Origin: Daphnia carinata | Lineage: Eukaryota | Assembly (NCBI RefSeq): GCF_022539665.2 | Contig: NC_081332.1 | Coordinates: 6,572,001-6,636,000, forward strand | Direction of reading: 5' to 3' | Length of the DNA stretch: 64,000 nt | Shown here: positions 26,787-40,394 of the stretch, in pieces | Layout of the letters: every line of letters begins with the position of its first letter | How positions within the stretch are numbered: position 1 is the first letter of the stretch | Program-made: the position numbers and the translations under genes | Notes under the pieces: model-generated | Seen by the model: only the letters and a program-made list of their open reading frames with translations | The model's database searches: none | Told to the model about the DNA's origin: nothing

Positions 26787-27682
26787 CTAAATGCGCCGAT
26801 TCGATGTCGTTCGCCATATAGTATATTATACGTATAGCTATCATATAAAACCACCATGGTACGTTACCGGATGCGTTTCTTGCAAGAGTACTGCCTCGCT
26901 CTTCGTGTAACTTTATCGCTTACTGTTGCTCGTTACTGCTAACTCCGACCAAAAACTTGGTATATAACGAAGCTCGCTACCGGCTCCGCTACTTTTCTCA
27001 ATTGTCTGTATAGTATCTTTCTTTTGTTTGCTTCGTTTCCTTTTTTCTCTTTCTCTCTCTTAAAATAAAATAAAGTAAAGAAAGACTTTTGTTTGGAATG
27101 TAGCGTTCACGATGCTCGTGCCAACCCTCGCACTGATGATGTCTTGGCTATGGCCTCCTCATCCATTTATCCCCTCGACCCATTTCCAACACCATTCCAT
27201 CGTCATTCACTTTGCCCCTCTTGCAAACTAGGCGAGAGTAAAAAAAAATATATATTTCTGAAAGATGTCTGACACTAATAGAAGTCGTGAAAAAAAAAAA
27301 AAAAAAATCGGACGTCCACTGCTGGACCATATATGCAGGCCGTTTAGTGAAATTGAATCTATCGAGAAGCGATCGATCATCGTCCGGATGGATATGCATA
27401 GTTGTGAAACTATAGTGCCCGGGTTATGCATCTATATAGCGTGCCATTGTATTCGAGTTCAATTCAACGTTTGACTGATCTTTTGGCTGTCAGAGTTATA
27501 TGAAGATTTATGACATATTCAGGCTGTATTAACGCCAATTGATTTTCATAGGGGAGAAGCCGGCGGCAATGCAGCACAGCAGTGCGGCCCTTCACTGGTA
27601 TTCCGTGTCCGTCATTTTCATCGTCGAATGTGTTTTCCTGAAGCTGAACGGCGTCGCTGGATCGCTGCAAGAGTGGCTGTGA
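5185..27682 (+). CDS. dpr: Dpr (defective proboscis extension response)/zwei-Ig family two-Ig-domain cell-surface protein; 5'-incomplete (signal-peptide exon not located)
   Basis: Exons 5185-5420, 16268-16372, 20539-20653, 22738-23022 and 27552-27682 are joined by GT-AG introns with matching phases (0,0,1,1). The 872 nt plus 1 upstream base give 291 codons including the stop. Ig1: AQRGSTASLPCEVVSLGDGV|VTWFRRKDFHLLTVGHAVYSSDERF...DWALQIRFVQERDAGLYECQLSTHPP. Ig2: EKYVKSGSTLKLTC...FVFWYQDERMINY...HSGNYSCVP...VIVHILNGEKPAAMQH. These motifs are characteristic of Dpr proteins; the exact paralogue cannot be assigned. Confidence 0.92.
8284..8322 (+). repeat. Interrupted (AC)n microsatellite
   Basis: acacacacacacacacacacactatacacacacacacac. 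Confidence 0.9.
16268..16372 (+). CDS. dpr: Dpr-family exon: middle of Ig1
   Basis: ttgtag|GTG...CAG|gtgacg, 105 nt; VTWFRRKDFHLLTVGHAVYSSDERFHVQGPMRSTQ (below the ORF-track length cut-off). Confidence 0.92.
18939..18982. repeat. (AT)n microsatellite
   Basis: agatatatatatatatatatatatatacagtatatagatatata. Confidence 0.85.
20539..20653 (+). CDS. dpr: Dpr-family exon: end of Ig1
   Basis: ttcccag|ACT...GTCG|gtgagt; TQDWALQIRFVQERDAGLYECQLSTHPPSSLFVELVVV, containing the D-x-G-x-Y-x-C Ig motif. Confidence 0.92.
22738..23022 (+). CDS. dpr: Dpr-family exon: Ig2
   Basis: caacag|AG...AATG|gtataa; AHAEIDGGPEKYVKSGSTLKLTCHLRQSSVTPDFVFWYQDERMINYE...SGNYSCVPYNVNPSSVIVHILN. Confidence 0.93.
23077..23117 (+). 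repeat. (CT)n microsatellite just downstream of the Dpr Ig2 exon
   Basis: cctctctctccctctctctctctctctctctctctctctct. Confidence 0.9.
26755..26786 (+). repeat. Poly-G tract (G32)
   Basis: Direct reading. Confidence 0.95.
27552..27682 (+). CDS. dpr: Dpr-family terminal coding exon with hydrophobic C-terminus (GPI signal or TM-like)
   Basis: tttcatag|GG GAG AAG...TGA; GEKPAAMQHSSAALHWYSVSVIFIVECVFLKLNGVAGSLQEWL*. GExPAAMQ typically follows Ig2 in Dpr proteins. Confidence 0.88.
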
Positions 27683-30600
27683 CCATCGTGGCTCATCTAA
27701 CGCAAACCGTAGAAAGCAATTGACGATTCAACTATGAAAGATGGGGGGCAGCGAGTAACAAATCCGACAGAATAAAAACGACAAAAAGGAAGAGAATGGC
27801 AATAGATTTACTAATGTACACGAAATATATGTGCTGTAGATTGAAGAGGCACATGCTGGGAAAACAAGGGGGCAGAAAAAGAAGTAAACGACAGCCATGT
27901 TAAGGTGAAGAGCACTCCAAAAGATAAATAGGCAAAATGGATGTGCATCAGTTGTTCTTCAACTCGTATTGTATTCAAATTCAAGATTCCATATACAATA
28001 TATAACAGGCCCGCCATATCTGTTCAAAGTGTTGATGAGGCGTGTATTCTTTCTCTTGTATAACACTGAGTTCTCTATATATATGATATTTCTCTCATTC
28101 ACTATCCCTGTCATTCGTTAAGTAATACTATAAACGTATAACTATTAAAGAAAGATGGCAATTGTTTTTTTTTTTCTCTTTTTTTGTTTTCACTTGCAGA
28201 AAAACAGCAATATTTGCTTTGTTGCTGATATATTCGAATTGTTTTACATCCGTTTTTTTTTTACAACTCATTTCTGATTCCCCCGCCCCACTAGAACACG
28301 GACAGAGAAAACGATATATTGATGAAAGGTGAAACAAACAATGACTCCATTACCAGATGTTTGACCATGTTAATATTACAATGTGTTTCCGTTCACGATT
28401 CTTATGGCGTTATAAATATATACAATTCGTCATGTCCCCCTTCCCCCCCTCTTTTTACCTCCCTCCCTCATTCCGCCCCACCTTTGCTTTTACAATTGAG
28501 GGAGAGAAAGGGGGGGGGGGGAAGCAGCAGCAGCATTACTGCCGCGTACGCACCTACATACTGTACGTGAAATACATACCAACTCAAACGCATATTATGC
28601 TAGAGTCCATAAATCACTTGCGTTAATAAAGTGTCAACCCGTGCAGGCAGAGAGAGCGATTACCATGGATACCGGCATGTAACGCTGTTGTGTTATTAAA
28701 ATGTTGGCGACGGCATGTTCAAACAACGGCATTGAGCCTATTTTATATTGGTGAACAGAAATACATCCCATCCCTTTGAAATTCCTGTATTGGCTCTTTG
28801 GTCTTTGTCGTATAACACCCCCCCCCCCACTCCCCGAATCACCTTTCCGTTGTATAACATCCACATTTTTGTTTATCCCGATCCTTATAACACCGCCACT
28901 CAGCAAGTGGAGCACTGTAGCCAAAATATTCTTTCCTTTGCCTCGCAATCCTACAAAGTAACAAACGATAAGAAACAAGAAAGACTAAAAGATTAACCCA
29001 CAAATTAACCATCAGTTGATTAGTTTCTGTAAATAGACCTTGATTATTTCATGTACCTTTAACTTGTTTCTTCATTTCTTTCGACAACACAGAGCCATTT
29101 CCTATCAAAGTAACAGTGTCTGTTGGAGGTTTGAAATGGCCATGTTTTATTTGTCCCTCCCAAAACTGCGTGGGAACGTTAACGGATTCCTGATGAAAAA
29201 TTGAAAATAAATCATCCTAGCTGATACGTACGACAAGTTGTGCCTAACCCCTCGCACACACTGTGCATATAGGCCTTTGGGGACGGACGATACTGATGAT
29301 GGCTACATGATTGCGAAGCGTGTCGCCGATCCAATTACCTCTGAGAGCAGTGAGCAATCGCCAGCTGACCGTTGACACGAACACGCTTGCCGATATGCTT
29401 TCTAACAAGAGTGAAATCCTTTTAATCAGCAGCCGATCCAGTTGCTGGTAGGCAGGCATACGTTCGGTGATGGGCTGGTAGTGAATCGAATCGTCTGGTG
29501 TACAGTTGTCACTTTAGCCGCAATTGGCCATTTTCTTTTCGTTGTTACGTTCACTATCCCAACGGAACAACTTGAGTTTAATTTTTATTTTCCTGATCAA
29601 ATCACAAAAAAAAAAAAAAATAAATAAAATAAGCGCCAGAAAATGCGCATTCGAGCGTGTGCTATTGGCAATCGAACATGGCGAACAGAACGACGTGTAG
29701 AAGCGAAAAAGGAGCAACAGCGGGTCGGTGGAACTACATATACACAACGATGGTATATAGAATCTATGGGGCGTGATGGCTAATCACAATCCCGCGTGAC
29801 AGGTGGCGTTCAATCCAAACGAACGTTCGCTTGGATGATGACGATGATGATGTCGCTATCGCAGCTGACGACTTGATGACTACCACGTCTTGTGTGTGTC
29901 TGGAACACTATTTCATTGGCTGCTCAGGCGATAGATGAAGCCCGGCCAGCACGTCGCCCACGCATCGCAAAAAATAAAAAAGACTGATCGAGTTGTCAGG
30001 CGGTCAATATATCAGCAAATCCCATTGGCCACCTAACCCACTTGCTTGTTGCTGGATATCTTCCAGCTAAATCCCAGCGCCATCAATCATTCGAAATCCA
30101 TCACGTGTGTACGACACATAGCGACACCGTACACCTTTAATCTACCCGATTCTTTCCGTTGCGAGTCGCTCTTTCTATATTGTTTTAGCGCTTATCTTTT
30201 CGTTGTTTTTCTTTCCTTTTCGACAAACAGTGCACCTTTAAAAAGGAAAAAAAACAAACAAAAAAACTACGTAGCCTTGAGCTCGATTGACTGCCACTAT
30301 GTAGGATTGACTGACGGCGATTAAGTAGATCGTGCCAGTAAAGTGGAACGAGCTGCAATCGGGGTTATTTGTAAACACGAGTTAATTCATTCGCATTAGA
30401 CTGATGAACGAACAGGGAAAATAAAAAAAAAAACCTGCTAAACGATAAACATCCGTTCCCGATCGCGCATCCTACGATCTGATTCGTTCAAATTGATGGG
30501 CAAACAAAATACGATCAAAGTCCACTTCGGATGTTATGCAGGGCCGCGTTGTGTCGTCCGTCTGATTGGTGTTGCATCATTTACTTCCATTACATTCTCT

Positions 30601-33600
30601 GGCCGAGTGAGTCAATGAAGCCTTTTGTTATTCCCTGTAAACACAGAAGAAGTTTGAAAAACGAACGAAGAAAAAAAAAAAAAAAAAAAAAAAATGGGGT
30701 CACATTGTCGTTCAATTATTTCACGGTTGTCGTACATTTTCTTGCATCGCTGGATGCGCGTTCTTTTACGGTTCGACTCTGATACGACATACGAGAACTT
30801 ACGTGTCGCCTAGTGACTAGGTGCGTCCTGGTCGGCACACAACAACGTGACGGCGAATCAGTCTTTGCTGTTCGCGTCTTGCATGGCATGTTTTTCTATA
30901 ATACAAGACTCAATAAGATGTTTGATGTTGGCTACGTTGCTGTCAACCCTATTCCCACTAGCGTTTCATTTCCCCCTGCTCTTTTCTGTACCTAGACGTA
31001 TAGGGAAGAGAGCTGACCAGTCAGCTGACAAATTGAATTCGTCTGGCGATCTTTTTTTCCCCCTCGTTTTATTCAGTTAATTTCTTGCCTGCAAACGATG
31101 CAGTGCCATGCACCGATTTATTACAAACCAGAACGAACAGAGAAAACGATAGAAATGGGACACACTTCGATAACAAACGTGTAGAGGGAAGGTGGGCCGC
31201 AGTGGAAATACACATGGATGGTATAGAATCTTCGACGTCAGCGACCATAGATGGGTAGACGGACGTCAGAGGGTGGCAGAAAAAGCGTGCTCTGCGTGCT
31301 CTGTGGCTAAAAAGAAAAAGAAAAAAAAAAAAAAAAAGGAGTAGGGGGTGTGTGAGAAAGAGAAAAGGAGAAGGAGAACAAATCAAGCCAATCTGTCAGA
31401 AATCCTGGATAATGATGCAACCCGAAAGAACCCCACACCCTTGACGCGATACACACCAGAGCCGGTGACGTTAACCACCAAGTTTCCGATTGAAGAAGAT
31501 AATGATCCGCTTCTCTCATTGTTCTTGCTAGCGTCTCCGGCACTAGCTATATAACCATCACCATAGCGCATTTGTTCCATTTCGAAAACAAAAAAACACG
31601 AAAGAAAAAGAAGAAAGAATATAAAAAGAAAAAATTGAAATAATAATAAAAAAAAAGCAAAATGAAGAAAAAAAGACAAAAAATAAATGGAAAACAAAAA
31701 ATCTATCCAACAAAGAATGTTGCGTTATGTGTGTATGTATACAAGCGTAGCCAGTGGGTGGGAAATCAATAAAATCTATTGCCCACAGACCTACAGTATA
31801 TAGGCACGAACATGCAGTCCTTGCTGTATAGTCTATACGTGCATGGATATAAATAAACAAGTGGAGCGAGAGGGATCAAAAGAAAAAGAGCGGCAGGGCG
31901 CCAATTAAAGCGAGACGGAGAGAAAAGAGGGAACGACTAAGAAGATGAAGAAGAAACACGGAACTAGTCGTTAGCTGAGCGCCAACGAAATTTGTGGTGG
32001 CCAACGCTTGCTGATTTAAGCCAAGAAAGAAAAACCAAAAGAAAAACAAAAACAAAAAACTAAACAAAAAAAGATAGAAGACCCATTCCCGGCCAACGTT
32101 GTGGCAACACTGTATAATGCCGTCCAAAGTCAAATGCTTCCTGGAGCGCGAACAGACTCAATGTTGCGCGATCGATATCCGCAAATAATGAGCCATTTTT
32201 TTTTCCTCCCCTTTTTTCCTTGTCATCGCACCTAATAATTTCAGCAAAAATCTCATCTCTCGGATGTCACGCCATCGTTCCCCAACCCCCGCTCAAAAAA
32301 AAAAAAAAAAAAAAATTTGAATGCGCAACATTTGTATGTCCAAGACGCATACACACTTGTAAAGTCACTCGGTGCACATTGAATGCGCAAACCGAATTTT
32401 TGTCCCTTTTTTTTTCTCTCTCCTCTCTGTTCGACAGCTACCCAGTGATCATTAGCGAACGAAGAAAAGAAAGATAAAAAAAACAAACATATCCCCAAGA
32501 TCAGCATCAGCGTTAGATGGAATCCTCCCGAAAAAGAAAAAAAGAACAGGCGTCGTCGTAACATAAAACACTGTATCAAGGGAAAAGCAAATAAGAAATG
32601 TCGTACGTAGACAACATAATAATTGTCTTGAAAGAAAAAAACAAACAATAAAAGAGAATCTATTTCTTGTTTTCGGTCAATTCAAAAAGAAAAGAAAAAA
32701 CAATAACAACTACAACCAAAACCCTCCAGAGAGGTTGTAATCAGGTCCCGGAATGGACCTATTGGGACACGGATGACTGGAGAAGACAAATTGCTGTGCT
32801 GCTTGGTTGCATATCGTGCTGCTGTTGGGAAAAAAAGTATAAAATAAAATACATAAAAAATAAAAAAAAAAATAAATGCGAGTTTGTTCTTCATTCCGCC
32901 CTCTTCACCAACAATGTCCCGTTTGCACCCCAACGGTCTCTTTGCCTCCAAATCCCAACACTTGATTCTTTAACATTATACAGCCAAATAAAAATTGTGT
33001 TTTCTAGTAGGGAATGAAAGAGCCGGAAGGAAAGTTCGGGCGATTGCTTTCATATCACGCTCACATGACGTCGTTGTTGAGGGCTGACAATATCAGCGAG
33101 ATTCGATCTAGTTCATGGCTTCATTACACGCAGAACTGCAGTTTGTGATCGAGGCAAGACTATACAATAATGCCGCTAGTGCCGGACAATCCGGAAGAAA
33201 AAAAAAAGAAAAGAATACGGAACAGATTGAGATCAATTGGATGCAATTTCCAGGCAAAGGCGTATGAATAAAGAATTGTAATTGAATCAGCTGGCAGATA
33301 GACATGGCGCGTGTGGACGAAATGGATGCATCACAATACACGACAAGCTATAACTTTGTGTTCGTGGCGTAAACGACAACTGGCTGCAGAATCTGCCAAG
33401 CCACGTGGGTGTAGGCCTACAGATGATATGGTGACGTGTGGAATATCGCCGGTGTCTGCAAAGAGCTAAACACGTTACGTGATACAATATTGCATGAATG
33501 CTGCAGTATCCAATTTCGCTTTTGTTTTTTGCACTTAGGCAGTTTTCTTTCTAAAGTGCCCCGAAACACAGCGAAACGAACGATCGGAGAACAAAGTTGA

Positions 33601-36600
33601 ATGCAAAGTATTAAAATGAAAAAAAGAGGATTGCGTATAGATGTGAATAGCAAAAATAGAACACTTGTTTTTGGACCCGTCCAACCATTTGCGTGGGATG
33701 AAAAGGAATGATGGCGGTCGTGTTACTACTGTAGCGTCTGACAATAGTTTGTTAGAGCGTCTTTGAACCTCCGTTTCGATTGTAGTATTGATAAATGTAT
33801 CACTTCATCCATTGCTGGTCATTAAAAACATATCAGACTTTGGTGAGCGTCATAATTCTTTCGCTCATTAATACCATCCAATCTTATGTCAGTTTGTTGA
33901 TATATGGAGAAAGTATGTTCAAGGAAGCTTTACATTTTTTTTTTTTTTTTCTTAAAACATATTATCCTCCCACAAGTTCTTAATCCATTTCTTATAGAGA
34001 ATGCGTTACGTTGCCATTGTTTTGTTGTTTTATTCCTGAAAAAAAGAAGTTGTGTATTGCGCGGTTGCATGGCACAGAAATGCCTTTGGCCAACTGTCTG
34101 ACTTCGAAGACACGCTCTGAACAACGCACAATAGTCTACCTAAAGGTTGTTTCTTGTAGCTCAAGTTTGAATGTCCAGCAACTTTTCTTTTTCCTTTTTC
34201 AAGGTTTGCATTTCTTTAATTGACTTTGTGCACTTTCTTATGGTTTTCGGTTCGACTTGCTTTTTTTTTTGTTGTTGGTTCAAAAAAAAAGAAAATGGGC
34301 AGATCGCATCTTTGAGCCCCAACAACATTTTGTCGTTCTGTAAAAAGAAAACTGGAATAATTCATATTACTGCAGTACATCTGAAAAGCCTTTGAACAAA
34401 AGAGAGAACGAAAAAGTTTTCTTGCCTCTAAACTATATACGCCTGAAGACAAAGTTTGCGCCACCACTGAAAGCATCACCCCCCCCCCCCCCCCTCAAAA
34501 AAAAAGGTAGAAGCCATCTTGCGTATTTTGCTTAGAATCGACTTAAGCTCAATAGAATGGAACGCATTTCATTTCCATCACGTCTTTGTCAATGACGTAC
34601 AAGTCATAAGTTGCTCCACATCACTCGCAGTGAAGCGTCTCAAAATGTGACCCCCCCCCCCCAACTGCAATTAATGACAAAGAAGGAAAATCCGTGAATA
34701 CATTCCGTTTCTTATCAGAGATATCTGTGTATGCTATACCGGTTCGACACTACGTCATTTAAACGCTGACGGGCCTATAGTGACTGTTTTCATTTTCTAT
34801 TCCTAGCTCTCCTTGTACGCTCTCTTGTCAATAGAAATCTGAAAAGAAAGTTTTCAATGGCACCATCACAAAAGTATATGAAGAGAGCCGAAAGAATCTC
34901 GACCATGAAAGACGTATTGCTCAGGGCACAAGCCGCACGGCACACAGTGCCAACATGAAAAAGAGAGAGAGGCTGAAAAAGAGGGGGGAAGAAAAATAAT
35001 AATAACAAAAAAAAAAAAAAAGGGGTAGATGGAAACGCGCAGAAAAGGTCTCGCGATGTCGACTGGACGAAGAGAACACAAAACTAATGGATCTATCCTG
35101 CATATATAAAAAAAAAAAAAAAAATACGAGGGATAGAAGTGCATGGACGTGAAATGTGAAGGAAACAGCTGAGTCTGACGTGTCGCTCCCGCAGCTGCTC
35201 CTGTGTGGACAGATAGCCGGATTTACAAAGCGGACAACAACAACAACATAAAATAAAGAATTCTTTCAGATTTTATTTTATTTTTATTTTATTTTACTTC
35301 GCTTGTGTGGCTCTTCGGCTGGCTATGAAAGCCGAAGGACACCGATGCACAAGCCGGGGGGTGGTTGTTAAGTTTTTTGTTCAATCCGATTATAGGCTGC
35401 TCTGTGCGGCTATGCTGCCGTGTCACGTACAACTTACACGTATAGCTCCTTCCGAAAAGTGGTCCGAAAACAAGCGCGAAGAATCAGCGCAAGCGCCCTA
35501 CACATCAGCTCCGTTTCTCCCTCCCGTCTTGGAAATGAGAAACCCTACGCTGCAAGATGTTTTCAAATGTATATCTCGAATGCTCTTTGCATCACGCAGC
35601 TGACAACAACACACGTAGAGCTACTCAATTTTCAGTCTTTCCGAGGAAACGGCAATGTCTCCGTGATCGACAGATACTTACCATATTTTTTTTTTTTCTC
35701 TATGCTTTGAGGGCACTTTTAAACGTTTGACTGGCGAGTGGTTTTATCTGCGAGCAAATTTCAGTAATTGAAACCTAAAAAAAAAAACTATCATGCACAA
35801 TTGCCAATGAAGGACATGGCAAGATAACCAAAGTAGGGGTTCATAAAAGAAAGAACAAAAAATACACGTGAATTCTTCAACTTCCATCAGGATCTATAGA
35901 GAAAAGATGAAGTGGAAGGTCAGAGGATTCTTTGATCAAATTTCAAACGCTATAACTTTGCGTGATTTCTTAGAAGTCTCTTTTTTTTTCTTTCCCTCTT
36001 AACTTGTTGTTTTGCCTTTTGTCCCAAATAGCCAAGCTCGTTATCCGTGACTCACGCACTTCAACCTACCTTTCTTCTTCGCTATTGATAACCAGTCAGC
36101 TCCCATACTACTCCCGAACCGGGTTTCCTCGTGCGTGCCTACTTAGTCGAATATTCCATGTTTTTGATGATTCCTCCCATTCCAGTAAAAATGACTAGAA
36201 TCGCATGGAATACAGCCCTTTGCTTAACAGAAACTTTGCTGAACAAAAGCAGCTCGAAACAAAAAGATCTCCATGAATAACTTGAATAAGTTGTCGGACG
36301 AGCTTTCATCCTCGTTCTTGTACAGTAAGTCTTTCATTTGCGCCCGACCACCAGGTCGTCCTGATCTCCTGAGCCGGTCTTGTTTCCTGTTCTTCATCCA
36401 ACTGTATCTCTTTAACCGACCAAATGAAATTCATCGATCGTCTGCAGTTTACCGTTGCATTATATGTATATTACGAATGAATTTCAAATGCATAAATTTT
36501 TCTTGTTTTTTTTTACTCTCTATGAATGGGAAGTTTCACACATACGCCAAACGCTGTCTTTCTAATTGCAATATGTTTCTTTTGTAGTTTTGAAATATTA

Positions 36601-36700
36601 AACACGAACCTGTGGTTCGAATGTGCTTGCATTATATCTTTTTTTCCTTTTGCTACATACTTTGTCATATTCTGAGAGTTACGCACCGAGAAAACGATTA

Positions 36701-37119
36701 ATGTTTGAAATGCAATTTAAAGAGTATCACGAATTTCAGTCTTACTTTTCGAGCCTGCAATCAAATCTAGCAGGTACATTATACCTTCTCCCACTTTGCG
36801 GGATTTGTAGAGGCCACAGAGACCCAAATACAGACGGTCGTGGTGTAGAGGATTTGCAGAATGAAACCATTAACATAAAAGAACGCAGCGCATCTTATTC
36901 CTTTTTTTATTATTTAGGTATGTCTGGCTATGAAACCCCAACGAGCATAGTTTGTTCTTGTTTATGCGCAGATTGTACGTTAATTTGCGTACAGTTGAAA
37001 TTCTTTTGAAAGCCAAAAAGGAACAAGTTGAAGGCTCTTCTAGATGTACAATTGAATTTTTAACCGAAATGTGTCCTCTTTCCTGCCCAAATCCTCCTAT
37101 TCCGTCAGACCAACCATGA
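36701..37119 (+). pseudogene. Possible small two-exon ORF (113 aa) within a degenerate multi-exon unit; product unknown
   Basis: ATG at 36701, donor TTAG|gtatgt after 36917, 77-nt intron, acceptor gtacag| before 36995 in matching phase, stop at 37117-37119. Nearby exon-like segments carry stops. No recognisable domain. Confidence 0.2.
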
Positions 37120-40100
37120 AGTAAACGGGATGCATCACAGTAAAGGAAAAATTTGTTCTGGTCAAGATATTCTTTTATTTTATTTGGTTGACCGGATATT
37201 AACTTTGACTGGTACGACATTAGTAGAGGGATGCCGAAAGGGGAAAACAAACGAAATGTTTAATGGCAACACAGCTGAAACAAAGATGGGAAAAAAAAAG
37301 GAAAAGAAAAAGGAAAAAGAAATGTATGGTTGTAGGAGGAGAACAAATAGATTTGCGAGACAATGTTACAGAGAAGGCTGTGATCAAAGGACCCACTATT
37401 GGATAGTAGTTGCCTAAAAAGACTCGTCTCCAAATCTAGAAATGCATCACTTGCGTATTTGTTCACAATCACATACTCTATACGGAATCCCCTTCTTTTC
37501 TTTTGCTCCTTCTGCGCCTCAGCACTACCTAAAATAAAATTTTCTACCGAGACTGCAGACAATCCACCATTCAACTTTTAGAAATACCGTAGAATACACT
37601 CGTATGATCTTATCTAAAGTGAAAGAAAAGGCCACTTTCATTAATAACCGTGGATAGTCAAATCGATCTTTACTTTTCTTATTCCTTACTTTATATGGTA
37701 TGCGAACCTATGAGTTCAACTATCTGTACAACGTGAAAAAAACATTTCTGCGCATCAGTATTAATAATAATAATAAGAATAATAAGAACAAGTATAAGTA
37801 ATCCTGAAACGAATAATGTCGGTTTAACTCAGCCAGCCGGCTGTGAGCCGTAGACGAGGTAGACAACTTAATGTCTCATACGGAATAATGAAACGCATTG
37901 GAAACAAAACTTCGAAGATTATCAACTGCAACGTAATTAATTTTTCTGTTTTCTGTGAACCTATTTACAAAAATAACGTATCCTATGATGTAGAAGCAAC
38001 TTTTAATTTTTAAGCCCCGTTGCGGCTTTCCTTCGCAACAACAAAACTGTTGATGGAGTTCGACTAAGGTTTTTCCCTATTTTTAATACTGAATTGATAT
38101 TGACGCACAAGTGCAACGAAGCCAGAAAAAGTGAAACTAACAACCATGAAAAATAAATGATATAAAATAACGGGAGATGTAGTGTAACTAAATGGAACGA
38201 GCTTCCATGTCAGGTAGACAAATCAGTAGACGTTATGCAGAAGATATAAAAAACATCAAGAAAAACATATTGACGCGCAAACGGAGGAAATGTAAAAAAA
38301 TTATAAATTAAGAAACCCTTGAAGACTAGACCACTCAGTAGAATTGCATCTGAAAATAAAATAAGTGTAACGAAGCACTTCGTTTCGTTGAGTGTTGGAA
38401 GCAAAAAAATAATAAAAATGCAATGATGATCAAAATGGTTATGGTGTGTAATGAAAAACCGGAACACACAGGCTCGTTTAGTCTTTTCACACACCTCTGA
38501 TTTCTTTTTGTAGCATTCCGGGAAGGCAGGTGGTCCCGTGAAAAACGTTTACCAATATTCGTTACAAACAAAAGTATTCAGGTTGATGTTCAGATTTAAA
38601 CTCCACCATGTGTAAGTAAAACCATTTGTGTTGTTTTCCCTCTAACCACGAATATCGATCTCTTTCATGAGCATATTTCCGAGCGTAAGAATGATGGCGT
38701 TTCAATTGTAACGAATCGAACTTCGCAGTTGTTTTTCTTGCGTGCGGGAACCCAAGCATACGCTTCTCTCCCTCTCTGCAGAAGGGGATTCTCAATCGTT
38801 TCGGCTTGTCCGACTTCTTGGAAGTGAACAGAGAGAGATAGGCACTCTAACCTAGGACGGCTTGTTGACCCGCAATTCACAGGGGAGAAAACGCTTGGGA
38901 CGTGGGAACAATCAATTAGAATTGGCGGTGCCTGCGCATGAGGAAGTAACGTGTCGGGTACTAGAAAATTGTGATGCATTCTTGGTAGCCTACATTGGGT
39001 TTTGGCGTTGTCCTTAACTGAATTTTCATTGCGTTTTCCTCTGTACAAGACACTGTCAGTGATATTTTTTTCAGCAACAACTAGAGCCTATTTCGTATAG
39101 TAGACATGGTCCAGCCTATTGCCGAGTGCAAATAAATAAAATCGTGGTTAGATTAAAACTATACACAAACTGAGTGTTCTACAGAAAAACTTGAGAAAAA
39201 GAAAAGGAAAAAAGTAAACTGTAAATGTACAATGGGGTGAAAAAAGGTGACTGTTTTTTCAAGTCTGGATAAAAAAAAGCAATATGACAACTTTGTAACT
39301 TTAACCCGAGAGCTAATACTACGAAGACACAAGTTCAGCTTTTTTTTTATGTCGGTTATTCTATAGTGGACTGTTGATATGACTCACATATCTAATGGTT
39401 CGCATTCTCTAAGCAGAGCGGTATCAAATCCTCTGTAGGTTTTGCTCTATCCACGTAGTTTGCTTGCACTCTGCCAACTCGTTGCCTACTGTTTGCATTG
39501 GACTTGGTGGAGAGCTGGAACTGCGACAAACAGAACTGGATAGCCCTTTTAGTGGGGTCAAGTTACTTGTCATCGGACATGGATAAAGTATAAAACGAAC
39601 TCAATATTGAAGAACGCACACAGACATTAACCCTATTGTTAAAGTTGCCATTTTTTTAAATTGAATGCATGAATTTTCCTATTCAAATAGCACGAGTGTT
39701 TTCTCGTCACACGGTGTTTAGCATCACGCACATGGCTAATGAACGGTCGAAGTAACAATAAGAACGTCAATTTTCAACTGCTTAACTTCCGATTAATTTA
39801 TTCTAGTAGGGATTCGACAAAACGATTGAAATTGGAAAATGACGCTTAAAAAGCATACGTACGTGTAGCATTATCGCACTCGTCTCGGCAAGCTCCATCT
39901 CCCCGGCGAAAGCGGCTCACCGAAATGAGGATCTTAAAACAGGGCAGATCGGTCGAATGAGTTTTATTCTTTTGTACGAAAAGCGAGCGAAAGAAGGCAA
40001 AGAAATAAAGCGAACTCTTTGACGTTTGTGGGGGTGGGGAGGGATAGACTGTTGAAAATGAGACGCTTCATGATTGCGATGGATTTGATTCAAGAGAGCG

Positions 40101-40366
40101 CGTCACTAAAAGAAATAAGAGGGGTTCGGGTATAAAGACCAGAACATGAACAGAAAAAAGGAGGGGAAAAGCTAAAGAGGGGAGGAAAAGAGCTACCGGT
40201 ATCGAATAAAAAACGTGTAGAAAAAAAAAGTCTGAGGGAGAGCGAAAAGCGGATCGTGGCTTTTTACTCTTACCGAAGAGGCGTTTCTTCCCAATGCCGT
40301 CCAACCCCCAATATGCTGTCGTAGTCAGGGGGATGTATATCTTTATACTTATATATTATTATACGT

Positions 40367-40394
40367 GTATATGTATATATATATATATATATAT
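40367..40394. repeat. (TA)n microsatellite
   Basis: gtatatgtatatatatatatatatatat. Confidence 0.85.

Noticed and set aside
29293..29370. C/D-box snoRNA-like TGATGA...CTGA
   Set aside because: Weak terminal stem and no recognisable rRNA or snRNA antisense element.
31348..31697. Overlapping ORFs on both strands with a moderately complex core
   Set aside because: Flanked by low-complexity A/T tracts, with no domain and no consistent splice partners.
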